A DNA stretch of 64,000 nt from Bacillota bacterium (GTDB lineage: Bacteria > Bacillota_I > Bacilli_A > ML615J-28 > CAG-698). The stretch spans positions 966 to 64,965 of the forward strand of contig JAEYQM010000086.1 of assembly GCA_023410025.1 (NCBI GenBank), written 5' to 3'. The position numbers and the translations under genes are program-made. Shown here piece after piece: positions 32,311-41,983 of the stretch. Position 1 is the first letter of the stretch. Each line of letters opens with the position of its first letter. The notes below the pieces were generated by a model. The model had not been told where the DNA came from. It made no database searches and worked only from the letters and a program-made list of their open reading frames with translations.

Positions 32311-32601
32311 ATGGCAATTATTATGTTTATATCTTTGCTATGCTGTTTCCTGCTATTTTGGTTATTTGGAGATTTTCTATTATTTATCGTTTTTATATGT
32401 GTAATAAGTACAGTATTATTTTTAAAATTCAGGAGACGTCATTGCTTTATTTTTTTAGAGATTTTCTTAATCTCTTGTTACATACTTGCAGTCTTAACAT
32501 GTTTAATTTTTCCAGTATTTAGGACTCTTAAAATATTAATAATAATCTTAGGAGTATGGTTTGAATTGATTATATTTAAGTTGGGTAGATTTATAAGATA
32601 A
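32311..32601 (+). CDS. Hypothetical small membrane protein (96 aa)
   Basis: Three hydrophobic helices and a basic C-terminus. An alternative overlapping frame (32340-32522) is rejected. Confidence 0.4.
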   Translation: MAIIMFISLLCCFLLFWLFGDFLLFIVFICVISTVLFLKFRRRHCFIFLEIFLISCYILAVLTCLIFPVFRTLKILIIILGVWFELIIFKLGRFIR

Positions 32602-32755
32602 TACATATTATTTTATTACTCTTATACAAAACCCAAAATAAGGGGTAAAAAATCGCGTATAATTTACTTTTGATATCTGTTCAACTATATTTATTAATTA
32701 TAGTAATAAAATATTACAGACGATATATTTGATAAATATAAATATTTATTAAATC

Positions 32756-32785
32756 TTGAAAAAATCGCTATATAAATGATATAAT
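32756..32785 (+). promoter_or_regulatory. Sigma-A promoter TTGAAA-17-TGATATAAT
   Basis: -35 TTGAAA, extended -10 TGATATAAT. Upstream of the GNAT gene. Confidence 0.55.
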
Positions 32786-32828
32786 AGTGTATGTTATAAA
32801 CTAATTACAACCATGAAGGGTAATTAAT

Positions 32829-33389
32829 ATGTTTGATAAAAATATAAATGATAGTTACATTTATTTTAAACCCATTATTACAGAAAGACTAATAATTAGA
32901 GAATTAAAGCTTGAAGATTGTTATGACTATTTTGAGTTTTCTAAAAACGGAAAAGTATTTACATATATGAATTCAAGTGCTTTAGTTGATATAAACGAAG
33001 CAAGACAAAAAATTTTAAATGCAATTAAAGAATATGAACTAGGATTAATATTTAGATTAGGAATTGCTTTAAAAGAATCAAATAAAATAATTGGTTTTAT
33101 CGGTTTAAGTAAATATGATTTGTCTATATATAGTTGTCAGATTATATATGCAGTTGGTGAAGATTATTGGAATAAAGGATATGTATCCGAATCAGTAAGC
33201 CACTTTGTAAATTATTTAAAGAGCATTGGGAAAACTTTAATAATAGCTGGACATGTTGAAGATAATATTAACTCAGGAAAAGTATTATTGAAAAATGGAT
33301 TTAAACGAGATCCTAGACGTGACACTCAAATGATAATTCATGGACAATTAAAAAATATTATAAATTATTCAATAGATGAAAGGAATTAG
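32829..33389 (+). CDS. GNAT family N-acetyltransferase (RimJ/RimL-like)
   Basis: 186 aa. Acetyltransf_3-like fold: conserved IGFIGL region, AVGEDYWNKGY acetyl-CoA binding loop. Confidence 0.6.
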   Translation: MFDKNINDSYIYFKPIITERLIIRELKLEDCYDYFEFSKNGKVFTYMNSSALVDINEARQKILNAIKEYELGLIFRLGIALKESNKIIGFIGLSKYDLSIYSCQIIYAVGEDYWNKGYVSESVSHFVNYLKSIGKTLIIAGHVEDNINSGKVLLKNGFKRDPRRDTQMIIHGQLKNIINYSIDERN

Positions 33390-33392
33390 ATT

Positions 33393-33881
33393 ATGAAAAA
33401 ATTTATAACATTATTTGTATTTGTATTTATCCTAATTGGATTAACAGGCTGTAAAGGCAACGGACCAAAGGAAATTACTAAGGATGAAATCTTCAACCAA
33501 GAAGGTAAATATTTAGTATATTTCTCTAAAGACAATTGTGAAGATTGCAAAAACACAAATTCAATTATTAAAGAATACTTAAAAGAAGTTAACAGTGGCG
33601 AATACGAAAAAGCTAAAACAATTTACAAAGTAAATTTAAGTAAAGAAGAAAATGCTTCAATTTTTCGTACATATGATAAAGTAGCTGTAGGTTTAGGTGA
33701 TGGTCAAGGCGATGGAACATTCTTTGTTGATGGAGTAACATCTGCAGATAAATTATATATTGGCGCAACAGCTTCATTAATTTTAATAGCTACAGATTCA
33801 AGTGGTAAAAAGTTTGCAACATTTGTAGCTTCAGGTTATGAAGATATTACAACATACCTTCAAAATCAATTAACAAAATAG
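33393..33881 (+). CDS. Lipoprotein with CxxC motif (possibly thioredoxin-like)
   Basis: Signal peptide plus lipobox LTGC. CEDC motif at residues about 49-52. Confidence 0.5.
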   Translation: MKKFITLFVFVFILIGLTGCKGNGPKEITKDEIFNQEGKYLVYFSKDNCEDCKNTNSIIKEYLKEVNSGEYEKAKTIYKVNLSKEENASIFRTYDKVAVGLGDGQGDGTFFVDGVTSADKLYIGATASLILIATDSSGKKFATFVASGYEDITTYLQNQLTK

Positions 33882-33904
33882 TCTTACATATGTAAGACTT
33901 TTTT
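33880..33904 (+). terminator. Intrinsic terminator
   Basis: Perfect palindrome AGTCTTACATATGTAAGACT followed by TTTTTT. Confidence 0.65.
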
Positions 33905-33916
33905 AAAGGAGTAATT

Positions 33917-34618
33917 ATGATTATACTATTTGCACCAGCAAAAACATTTAAGGAAGGAAATATTAGTAGTAATACAAATTTAAGATTTAATGAAACAAAT
34001 AAGTTAATAGATATTGTTAAAACATGGGATAAAGATACATATATTAATAACTTTATGATATCAGATTCTGTATATAATGAAGTTAAGTCATATTACGATA
34101 ATTTTTATGTTAACCCAAGTTATGAAGCATTTACTATGTTTATTGGTCAATCTTATATTGGGCTTGATTATGAATCATTAGATGTTGAATCAAAAAAATA
34201 TATACAAGATAAGGTATATGTAATAGATGCTCTATATGGAATTATTAAACCAAATGACGCTATTAAAATGTATCGATTAGACTTCACAGTTAAAAATTTA
34301 AATTTAAAAAAGATATGGAAGGAACAAATTAATGATTATTTTGATAATATTCAAGATAAAGAAATATTATCATTATCATCTACTGAATTTTCCTCAATTT
34401 TAAGTAAAGATAAAACTGTATATAATATTTCATTTGTAAATATTGTTAATGGAAAGAAAAAAAAGATATCTGTTTTTAATAAACAGATGCGTGGAAAACT
34501 CCTAAGATATCTATCACAAAATAAAATAAACTGTGTTGATGAATTGCCTCTTATATTTGAAGGATATAAACTTTATAAAGAAGGTTATGAATTAATATAT
34601 GAAGAAATATGTGAATAA
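33917..34618 (+). CDS. yaaA: YaaA-like peroxide stress protein (UPF0246/DUF328)
   Basis: N-terminal MIILFAPAKTF matches the YaaA family start (MLIxxSPAKxL). 233 aa. Confidence 0.65.
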   Translation: MIILFAPAKTFKEGNISSNTNLRFNETNKLIDIVKTWDKDTYINNFMISDSVYNEVKSYYDNFYVNPSYEAFTMFIGQSYIGLDYESLDVESKKYIQDKVYVIDALYGIIKPNDAIKMYRLDFTVKNLNLKKIWKEQINDYFDNIQDKEILSLSSTEFSSILSKDKTVYNISFVNIVNGKKKKISVFNKQMRGKLLRYLSQNKINCVDELPLIFEGYKLYKEGYELIYEEICE

Positions 34619-34657
34619 AAAAAACTAAATTCCTATATTGGAAATTTAGTTTTTTTA
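34617..34657. terminator. Bidirectional intrinsic terminator
   Basis: AAAACTAAATT / AATTTAGTTTT 11-bp stem flanked by A-run and T-run. Between convergent yaaA-like and nfnB genes. Confidence 0.65.
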
Positions 34658-34678
34658 TTTGTAATTTTGCTATATAAG

Positions 34679-36046
34679 TTAGTTTTTAAGAGATTTTATA
34701 TAGTTATCAATACTAATACTTGCTTTTTTACCTGCACCCATTGCGCCAATTACTGTAGCTGCACCAGTTACGATATCGCCACCAGCAAAAACAAACGGGA
34801 TTGATGTTTGCATATTTTCATTAACAATAATTGTTTGATTTTTATTTGTATTTAAATTAGGAAGGGAATTACTTATAATTGGATTAGGAGTATTACCTAA
34901 AGCCATGATTACTGTATCACAATCGATAAAAAAATTACTTCCTTCAATTGGTATTGGTTGCTTTCTTCCTGATTCATCAATATTATCAAGTTGCATTTTT
35001 ACACATTCTATTTTTAAAACTTTATGATCTAAATCCCCATGAATTTTAATAGGATTTGTTTCAAATATAAATTCAACGCCTTCTTCCATAGCATGACGTA
35101 TTTCTTCTTTTCTTGCTGGCATATCTTCTAAAGTACGTCTATATACAACATATACTTTATTGACATTTGTTCTAATTGCACATCTTGCAGCATCCATAGC
35201 CACATTTCCACCCCCAACAACGACAACATTCTTTGATGGGAATAATGGTGTATGAGAACTTTCAAGATATGCTTTCATAAGATTGATTCTTGTTAAGTAT
35301 TCATTTGCTGAAAAAACACCAACTAAGTTTTCACCAGGAATGTCCATAAACTTAGGTAGGCCTGCTCCAGCAGCTATGTAAAAAGCTTGATAACCTTCTT
35401 TTTGTAATTGCTCAATTGTTATGGTTTTACCTATAATTGTATTAGTTATAATCTTTACTTTTATATCAGTTAATTTTTTGATTTCATCATTTAACTTGTT
35501 CTTTGGTAATCTAAATTCAGGAATACCATAGGCTAATACACCTCCAGGTGTATGTAGTCCTTCAAAAATGGTTACATCATATCCCATTCGTCTTAGCTCA
35601 TAAGCACAAGTTAATCCAGAAGGGCCAGATCCTATAATTCCTACCTTTATATTGTTTTCAATAATTTCGGGAAAAATAGGAGTAGGGGCATTATCACCAA
35701 TATATCTTTCAAGTTTACCAATGGCAACAGGTACACCTTTTTTAGCACGAATACAAAGTGACTCACATTGTAATTCTTGCGGACATACACGGCCACAAAT
35801 AGAAGGGAATAAACTATTTTCATTAATAATTTGTAATCCTTTATCTAAATCATCATTTAGTATTTCTTTGATAAAGGCGGGTATATTTAAATTTACAGGG
35901 CATCCTTCAACGCAGAATGGCTTTTTACATTGTAAGCATCTTCTAGCTTCTTCCATAGCCATTTCACGATTATAGCCCTTTGAAACCTCATCGAATTTAT
36001 GCAGTCTTTCTTGTAAATCCAGAGATGTAAGTTCTATTCGATTCAT
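34679..36046 (-). CDS. nfnB: NADH-dependent reduced ferredoxin:NADP+ oxidoreductase subunit B (GltD-like, 2x[4Fe-4S], FAD, NADPH)
   Basis: 455 aa. Cys clusters CLQCKKPFCVEGCP and CGRVCPQELQCESLC. Dinucleotide-binding GIIGSGPSG and VVVGGGNVAMD. Translationally coupled to nfnA. Confidence 0.8.
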   Translation of the reverse strand: MNRIELTSLDLQERLHKFDEVSKGYNREMAMEEARRCLQCKKPFCVEGCPVNLNIPAFIKEILNDDLDKGLQIINENSLFPSICGRVCPQELQCESLCIRAKKGVPVAIGKLERYIGDNAPTPIFPEIIENNIKVGIIGSGPSGLTCAYELRRMGYDVTIFEGLHTPGGVLAYGIPEFRLPKNKLNDEIKKLTDIKVKIITNTIIGKTITIEQLQKEGYQAFYIAAGAGLPKFMDIPGENLVGVFSANEYLTRINLMKAYLESSHTPLFPSKNVVVVGGGNVAMDAARCAIRTNVNKVYVVYRRTLEDMPARKEEIRHAMEEGVEFIFETNPIKIHGDLDHKVLKIECVKMQLDNIDESGRKQPIPIEGSNFFIDCDTVIMALGNTPNPIISNSLPNLNTNKNQTIIVNENMQTSIPFVFAGGDIVTGAATVIGAMGAGKKASISIDNYIKSLKN

Positions 36047-36049
36047 TAA

Positions 36050-36874
36050 TTAACTCCTTAATAAATTACATACATGTTCATAGTTGTTTTTCTCAATATC
36101 CACATATGTCTTGTTTCTATAAATTGCAACATCAAAATCAACTTTGTGACCATCAAAATCAGGGCCATCAACACATGCAAATTTTGATTTTCCATCAACA
36201 CTAATTCTACAGCCACCACACATACCTGTTCCGTCAATCATAATTGGATTCATACTTACGATTGTTGGGACATTATATTTCTTAGTTATTAATGAGACAT
36301 ATTTCATCATAGGAAGAGGACCAATTGCGAATACTTTATCATATTTATTTAATTTTAATAGTTCTTCAAGTTTTTCAGTAACTAATCCTTTGTTCTTATA
36401 AGAACCATCATCGGTCATTAAATATAAATGATCAGAATAAGTATTAAAATCATCTTCTAAAATAACATAATCTATATTTCTAAAACCCATAATAGAAGTA
36501 ACATTTATATTGTTTTCTTTCATAGATTTTACAACAGGAAAAGCAACTCCACATCCAACTCCACCTGCGATGACAATAGCATTTTTAATGTTTGAAATAT
36601 CAGTAGGTTTACCAAGTGGGCCTACTATATCTAAAATATAGTCGCCAGTTTGCAATTTGTCAAGAAATGTCGTACCTTCACCAACAATTTGGTAAAGAAT
36701 AAAAATGGAATTTTGTGTATTATTAAAAATTGTAAATGGTAATCTTTCATGAAATTCATCAACCCTAAGTATAATAAACTGCCCAGGTAAACAATTTGTT
36801 GCAATGTTTTGTGCTTCAATTTCAATAATTTTAATTTTCTCATTTAAGGAAACCTTGTTTAGGATTTTAAACAT
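36050..36874 (-). CDS. nfnA: NfnA / sulfide dehydrogenase SudB-like subunit (FAD, [2Fe-2S])
   Basis: PyrK-like ferredoxin-reductase fold with C-terminal 2Fe-2S motif MCGGCRISVDGKSKFACVDGPDFDGHKVDF. ATG at 36874 after AGGTGAGGTGA preferred over the GTG at 36883. Confidence 0.8.
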   Translation of the reverse strand: MFKILNKVSLNEKIKIIEIEAQNIATNCLPGQFIILRVDEFHERLPFTIFNNTQNSIFILYQIVGEGTTFLDKLQTGDYILDIVGPLGKPTDISNIKNAIVIAGGVGCGVAFPVVKSMKENNINVTSIMGFRNIDYVILEDDFNTYSDHLYLMTDDGSYKNKGLVTEKLEELLKLNKYDKVFAIGPLPMMKYVSLITKKYNVPTIVSMNPIMIDGTGMCGGCRISVDGKSKFACVDGPDFDGHKVDFDVAIYRNKTYVDIEKNNYEHVCNLLRS

Positions 36875-36950
36875 AAAAATCACCTCACCTTTAAAATTAT
36901 AGCATATATTAGATTACAATAAAAGTAAATATTTATAATTTATAAATCTA

Positions 36951-36980
36951 TTGAATATTAATTAAGTTTATTGTAAAATA
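36951..36980 (+). promoter_or_regulatory. Putative msrA promoter TTGAAT-18-TAAAAT
   Basis: Hexamers at 36951-36956 and 36975-36980. Confidence 0.35.
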
Positions 36981-37000
36981 CAATAGAAAGGAAAATAAAT

Positions 37001-37501
37001 ATGGAAAAAAGAATATTATTAGGTGGCGGATGCTTTTGGGGTGTTGAGGAATATTTCAAAAGATTAAATGGTGTTATTAATACATCTGTAGGGTATGCCA
37101 ATGGAAATTTTAAAAACCCTACATATGAAGATTTAAAAAAGCATATAGCAACGCATGCTGAAGCATGTGAAATTATATATGATGATGAAGTAATAAGTCT
37201 TGAAAAATTACTTGAACATATGTTTAGATTTATTGATCCCTTTGCAGTAAATAAACAAGGTGGAGATGTTGGTATTCAATATCGTACGGGAGTATATTAT
37301 AAAACATTAGAAGATAAAGAAGTCATTTTATCATTTATGCATAAAAAAGAAAAATATTATAATAGAAAATTAGCAGTAGAAGTTGAAGAAGAAAGGGAAT
37401 ATTATTTGGCAGAAGAATATCATCAAGATTATTTAACAAAAAATCCATATGGATATTGTCATGTAAATATGAATTTAATAAAAGAAGATGAAAAAAAATA
37501 A
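37001..37501 (+). CDS. msrA: Peptide methionine sulfoxide reductase MsrA
   Basis: GGGCFWGVE active-site motif. 166 aa. Confidence 0.93.
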   Translation: MEKRILLGGGCFWGVEEYFKRLNGVINTSVGYANGNFKNPTYEDLKKHIATHAEACEIIYDDEVISLEKLLEHMFRFIDPFAVNKQGGDVGIQYRTGVYYKTLEDKEVILSFMHKKEKYYNRKLAVEVEEEREYYLAEEYHQDYLTKNPYGYCHVNMNLIKEDEKK

Positions 37502-37524
37502 CAGATTGAATCTGTTATTTTTTT
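37501..37524. terminator. Bidirectional terminator
   Basis: ACAGAT-TGA-ATCTGT hairpin followed by a T-run. Abuts convergent msrA and LRR gene stops. Confidence 0.5.
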
Positions 37525-38581
37525 AATTATTACTTGTAACAATTTTATTAAAATTATTAATATAAATTAATGTAATATTTGATATCATATTTTGTACTTT
37601 AGATACATTATCAACATCAGTTGAAAGTGTTGTAAATTTCTGGCACCATGATATAAAATGATCACCAATTGAATTAACACTTAATGGAATATTAAGACTG
37701 ATTAAATCTGTCGCAGCAAAAAATGCATATGAACTAATTATTTCAACATCATTTGTTAACGTAATATCATATAATCTATTACAATTTAAGAATGCTGACT
37801 CACCAATATTTTTTGCAGCAATATTAACTTTTGTTAAAGAAGAACAATCGCTAAAAGCTTCTTGCCCAATAGTTAATACTGAACTGGGAATACTAATTTG
37901 TGATAGAAAACGACACTCACTAAAAGCATTATTACCAATAATTGTAATTGAACTAGGAATCTTAACTGATTCAATATCTTTTTTATAAAAAGCTTTTTGA
38001 TTAATTTCAGTAACTGGTAAGCCATTAAAATTAGTTGGAATAACAACATTCTCACTTGTTCCATTATAACCTGTAACTATATAATACTCATTATCAACAA
38101 GTTTAAATTCTAATCCTTGTGTTGATTCTTCATATATCGCTTTTACAACAATATCTTTTGATATTTTTGTAAATTCTATATCCCAACCAACAAAACTATA
38201 TCCTACTTTTATTGGATTTTCTGGTTTGGTTGCATCTTCTAAATATTCAATGAATTGTTCTTCAATTAATTTATCATCAAAATCAACAAATTTAACACTA
38301 TATTTAGCTTTAGACCAATATGCATATAATGTTATATCTTGTGTAAACTTTACTTTTCCACTATAAACAGTAGAATTAGAATCCTTCCAATGAAGAAATA
38401 CATAACCTACTCTATTAAGTATAGGTAACTCAAATTCCTTATCAGCTTCAATTTTAAGATTTTCTATATGTTCACCGCTATTTGTAACATAACTAATAGT
38501 AATCATTTTTGGTGAAGCATTAGTACATCCAACTATAATAAATCCAATAATCAAAAGTATTAAAATTTTTAAATTACGCAT
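37523..38581 (-). CDS. Surface lipoprotein with Listeria-Bacteroides repeat domain and BspA-type leucine-rich repeats (LRR_5)
   Basis: Lipobox IVGC. Flg_new-like segment (GYVFLHWKD...ITLYAYW). Repeating IP(S)SVxxIGxxAFxxCxxL units. Confidence 0.7.
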   Translation of the reverse strand: MRNLKILILLIIGFIIVGCTNASPKMITISYVTNSGEHIENLKIEADKEFELPILNRVGYVFLHWKDSNSTVYSGKVKFTQDITLYAYWSKAKYSVKFVDFDDKLIEEQFIEYLEDATKPENPIKVGYSFVGWDIEFTKISKDIVVKAIYEESTQGLEFKLVDNEYYIVTGYNGTSENVVIPTNFNGLPVTEINQKAFYKKDIESVKIPSSITIIGNNAFSECRFLSQISIPSSVLTIGQEAFSDCSSLTKVNIAAKNIGESAFLNCNRLYDITLTNDVEIISSYAFFAATDLISLNIPLSVNSIGDHFISWCQKFTTLSTDVDNVSKVQNMISNITLIYINNFNKIVTSNN

Positions 38582-38639
38582 GTTTTAACCTCGCACATAG
38601 ACAATTATATCATAAAGTTAATAGATTACAATAATAATT

Positions 38640-39077
38640 TTAATTACCAATTGCAAACATAATTTGGCATTCACATACAATTGTTTCATCGACTTTTGCA
38701 ATGCAATCACATATACCAATTTTCCCCTTTATGTTTAATAGATTTGTATAAAGATAAAGGGTATCTCCAGGAATCACTTTTTTTCTGAATTTTGCCTTTT
38801 TAATACCTGCAAAGTACACCATTTTACCTTTGTTATTTTCACAAGATAAAATTGATACGGCACCAACTTGTGCTAAAGATTCAATAATTAAAACTCCAGG
38901 CATTATATGTTCAGAAGGAAAATGCCCCATAAAGAAATAATCATTGACAGAAACATTTTTTAAACCAACAGCACTCCTGCCAGGAGATAAATTAATTATT
39001 TTATCAACAAGTAAGAATGGATAGCGATGGGGTATAATTTCCTGAATTTGATTACTGTTTAATATCATTTTATTCAC
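38640..39077 (-). CDS. fabZ: 3-hydroxyacyl-ACP dehydratase FabZ
   Basis: EIIPHRYPFLLVDKI and HFPxxPxxPG hot-dog fold motifs. Confidence 0.93.
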   Translation of the reverse strand: MNKMILNSNQIQEIIPHRYPFLLVDKIINLSPGRSAVGLKNVSVNDYFFMGHFPSEHIMPGVLIIESLAQVGAVSILSCENNKGKMVYFAGIKKAKFRKKVIPGDTLYLYTNLLNIKGKIGICDCIAKVDETIVCECQIMFAIGN

Positions 39078-40305
39078 CTTGATATTTTTTAAAAATTAAT
39101 ACGGCGTTTTGTCCACCAAATCCATAGTTATTGCTCATAGCGTAATCTACATTACGATTTACACTAATGTCCTTTGTATAGTTTAGGTCACAATCTGGAT
39201 CATCATTTCTTAAATTAATAGTCGGTGGAATAATACTTTCATTAATAGCTTTTACACAAATAATTGATTCAATAGCCCCAATAGCCCCAAGTGCATGTCC
39301 AGTCATTGATTTTGTTCCACTTAAATTAATGTTGTAAGCATGTTCGCCAAATACTTGTTTAATTGCATATGTCTCAATTTTATCATTGTAATATGTCGAT
39401 GTAGCGTGAGGATTAATATAATCAATTTTATCAGGTGATATGTTAGCATCTTCTAGAGCTAATTGCATACATTTAATAATTGCTTCTGCAGTTTCATCAG
39501 GAGTAGTAATATGATATGCATCACAAGTTGAAGCATAACCAACTAATTCAGCATATATATGGGCATTTCTTTTTTTAGCGTGTTCTAACTCTTCTAAAAT
39601 TAATATTCCGCTGCCTTCAGCCATAACAAATCCATTTCTTTCTTTATCAAATGGAATTGAAGCATTATTTGGATTATCAGAAATACTGATAGCACGCATA
39701 GAAGTAAATCCACCAACACTTAAAGCATTTATAGAAGATTCACTTCCACCAGCAAATGCAATATCAACATATCCATCTCTTATATATCTAAAGGCTTCAC
39801 CAATTGCATTTGTTCCAGCACTACATGCCGTAACAACGGGAATTGATGGACCCTTAGCTTTGTACTTAATAGCGATATTTCCACCAACAAGGTTAACAAT
39901 TGAATTAGTAACAAAGAATGGTGAAACTCTATCAGTTGATTTATCAATTGTTTTTAATGCTTCATCATAAATGGTATTAATTCCACCAATACCACTAGTT
40001 ACAAATGTGCCCATTCGATAACTATCATAATCTTTTAGTTTACTATCATTAAATGCTTGTGTTGCAGCAATTAACGATAGTAACATTACTCTATCTAATC
40101 TTTTATATTCTTTTGGATCTAAGTATAATGAAGGATCTAAATTTTTTACTTCACCAGCAAGTTTAACTTTGTTCTTTGATGTATCAAATTGGGTAATAAA
40201 ATCAATTCCATTTTTACCATTTATTAGTGATTCCCACATTGAATTAACATCATTACCAACAGAAGTAACTGCTCCCATTCCTGTAATAACAACTCGTCTT
40301 TTCAT
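39070..40305 (-). CDS. fabF: 3-oxoacyl-ACP synthase II
   Basis: 411 aa. Active-site ACSAG (Cys), HATST and GHALGAIG His motifs. Confidence 0.93.
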   Translation of the reverse strand: MKRRVVITGMGAVTSVGNDVNSMWESLINGKNGIDFITQFDTSKNKVKLAGEVKNLDPSLYLDPKEYKRLDRVMLLSLIAATQAFNDSKLKDYDSYRMGTFVTSGIGGINTIYDEALKTIDKSTDRVSPFFVTNSIVNLVGGNIAIKYKAKGPSIPVVTACSAGTNAIGEAFRYIRDGYVDIAFAGGSESSINALSVGGFTSMRAISISDNPNNASIPFDKERNGFVMAEGSGILILEELEHAKKRNAHIYAELVGYASTCDAYHITTPDETAEAIIKCMQLALEDANISPDKIDYINPHATSTYYNDKIETYAIKQVFGEHAYNINLSGTKSMTGHALGAIGAIESIICVKAINESIIPPTINLRNDDPDCDLNYTKDISVNRNVDYAMSNNYGFGGQNAVLIFKKYQGE

Positions 40306-40316
40306 ATAAACCCCTA

Positions 40317-41060
40317 TTACATTACCATTCCGCCGTCAACATTAAAAGTTTGACCAGTAATATAATCTGATAATGAACTAGCAAGGAATAAAACTAAATT
40401 AGCAACATCTTCAGGTTCCCCTAATTTTTGAAGTGGAATATTTGCTAAGGCAGCCTCAACTAAGTTTTCATCTAATCCATTTGTCATTTTTGTTTTAATA
40501 AAACCAGGACATACAACATTACATGTTACATTTCTTTTTGCAAGTTCCTTAGCAAGTGATTTAGATAAACCTATAATACCTGCTTTAGATGCTGCATAAT
40601 TAGATTGTCCAGCATTCCCTACTAAACCAACTACAGAAGATATGTTAATAATCTTACCTGAACGTTGTTTTGTCATATATTTTGAAGCATGTTTTGAACA
40701 GTTCCAAGTACCTTTTAAATTCGTATTTATAACACTATCAAATTCTTCTTCACTCATTCTCATAATTAAATTGTCTTTAGTAACACCGGCATTGTTTACT
40801 AATATATCAACTTTACCATATTTAGTAAATGCAAAGTCAATTAATTTTTGAGATTCTTCAAATTTTGATATATTTGCTTGAATATATTCACATTTTTGAC
40901 CCTTTGAAGTTATTTCTTCACATAAAGCCATTGCATCATTTTGACTTGAATTATAATTAACAATAACAACAGCTCCAGCTTCAGCTAATTTTAAAGAAAT
41001 AGCTTTTCCAATTCCTGTTGCTCCCCCAGTTATTATTGCAACCTTATTTACTAGATTCAT
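40317..41060 (-). CDS. fabG: 3-oxoacyl-ACP reductase
   Basis: Short-chain dehydrogenase/reductase: TGGATGIGKA, NNAG, YAASKAG. Confidence 0.93.
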   Translation of the reverse strand: MNLVNKVAIITGGATGIGKAISLKLAEAGAVVIVNYNSSQNDAMALCEEITSKGQKCEYIQANISKFEESQKLIDFAFTKYGKVDILVNNAGVTKDNLIMRMSEEEFDSVINTNLKGTWNCSKHASKYMTKQRSGKIINISSVVGLVGNAGQSNYAASKAGIIGLSKSLAKELAKRNVTCNVVCPGFIKTKMTNGLDENLVEAALANIPLQKLGEPEDVANLVLFLASSLSDYITGQTFNVDGGMVM

Positions 41061-41061
41061 T

Positions 41062-41979
41062 TTATTCCTCCATATGTAATTTAGAAAAATCAGTTAATTT
41101 ATCTAAATTAATTAATTTAATTTCTGAATTAACTTTTTTAATTAAATTAGTTAATACAGTTCCTGGACCAATTTCAATAACACAATCTAATTTGTACTCA
41201 TTTACTAGTTTATAAATGATATGTTCAAATAAAACAGGATGTGTAATTTGATCCCTCATTGCCTCTTTTATGGTTTTAATATCTAATAACTCGCTATTTA
41301 CATTTAATAAAACATCAACTTTGTTTTGTTTTGGTTCAATATTTTGTAAATATGCATAAACTTCTTCACTCGCATTTTTCATAAATTTAGTATGGAAAGC
41401 ACCACTTACATTAAGTGGAAGAATGCGTCTTGCTCCATTTGCTTTTAAAATTTCCATACCAATTAATACAGACTCAACTTTTCCAGAAATTACAACTTGA
41501 TTAATTGTATTATAGTTTGCAACATATAAATCTTCAATAGAAGAACAAATATGACTAACAACATCCTTATCTAGTCCTAAAACAGCAGCCATCATTCCTG
41601 GTACTTTTTGACTATCATCTTGCATAGCACGACTACGAATATTAATTAAACTAATTATTTCATCAAAATTAAATACTCCACTAGCATATAATGCTCCATA
41701 TTCCCCTAATGAAAAACCAGCCATAACAGAAGGATTAATGTCATAAAACTTTTTTAAAACTTCATATATAGCAATTTCAGTAAGAAGCATTGATGGTTGT
41801 GTATAAATTGTTTGATTTAATAAATCATTTTCTTCAAAACATATCTTGGCTATATCATAACCTAAGATATCACTAGCCCTATTATATAGATCTCTAATAA
41901 AACTATATTCAGTATAGAGATCATATCCCATTTTTAAATATTGACTTCCTTGACCGGAAAAAACAAATCCATATTTCAT
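41062..41979 (-). CDS. fabD: Malonyl-CoA:ACP transacylase
   Basis: GQGSQ and GFSLGEY active-site motifs. Confidence 0.93.
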   Translation of the reverse strand: MKYGFVFSGQGSQYLKMGYDLYTEYSFIRDLYNRASDILGYDIAKICFEENDLLNQTIYTQPSMLLTEIAIYEVLKKFYDINPSVMAGFSLGEYGALYASGVFNFDEIISLINIRSRAMQDDSQKVPGMMAAVLGLDKDVVSHICSSIEDLYVANYNTINQVVISGKVESVLIGMEILKANGARRILPLNVSGAFHTKFMKNASEEVYAYLQNIEPKQNKVDVLLNVNSELLDIKTIKEAMRDQITHPVLFEHIIYKLVNEYKLDCVIEIGPGTVLTNLIKKVNSEIKLINLDKLTDFSKLHMEE

Positions 41980-41983
41980 ATTA

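Noticed and set aside
32340-32522. 60-aa + strand ORF overlapping the 32311-32601 gene in another frame
   Set aside because: Nested alternative frame of a hydrophobic membrane-protein gene with no independent RBS. The longer frame is preferred.
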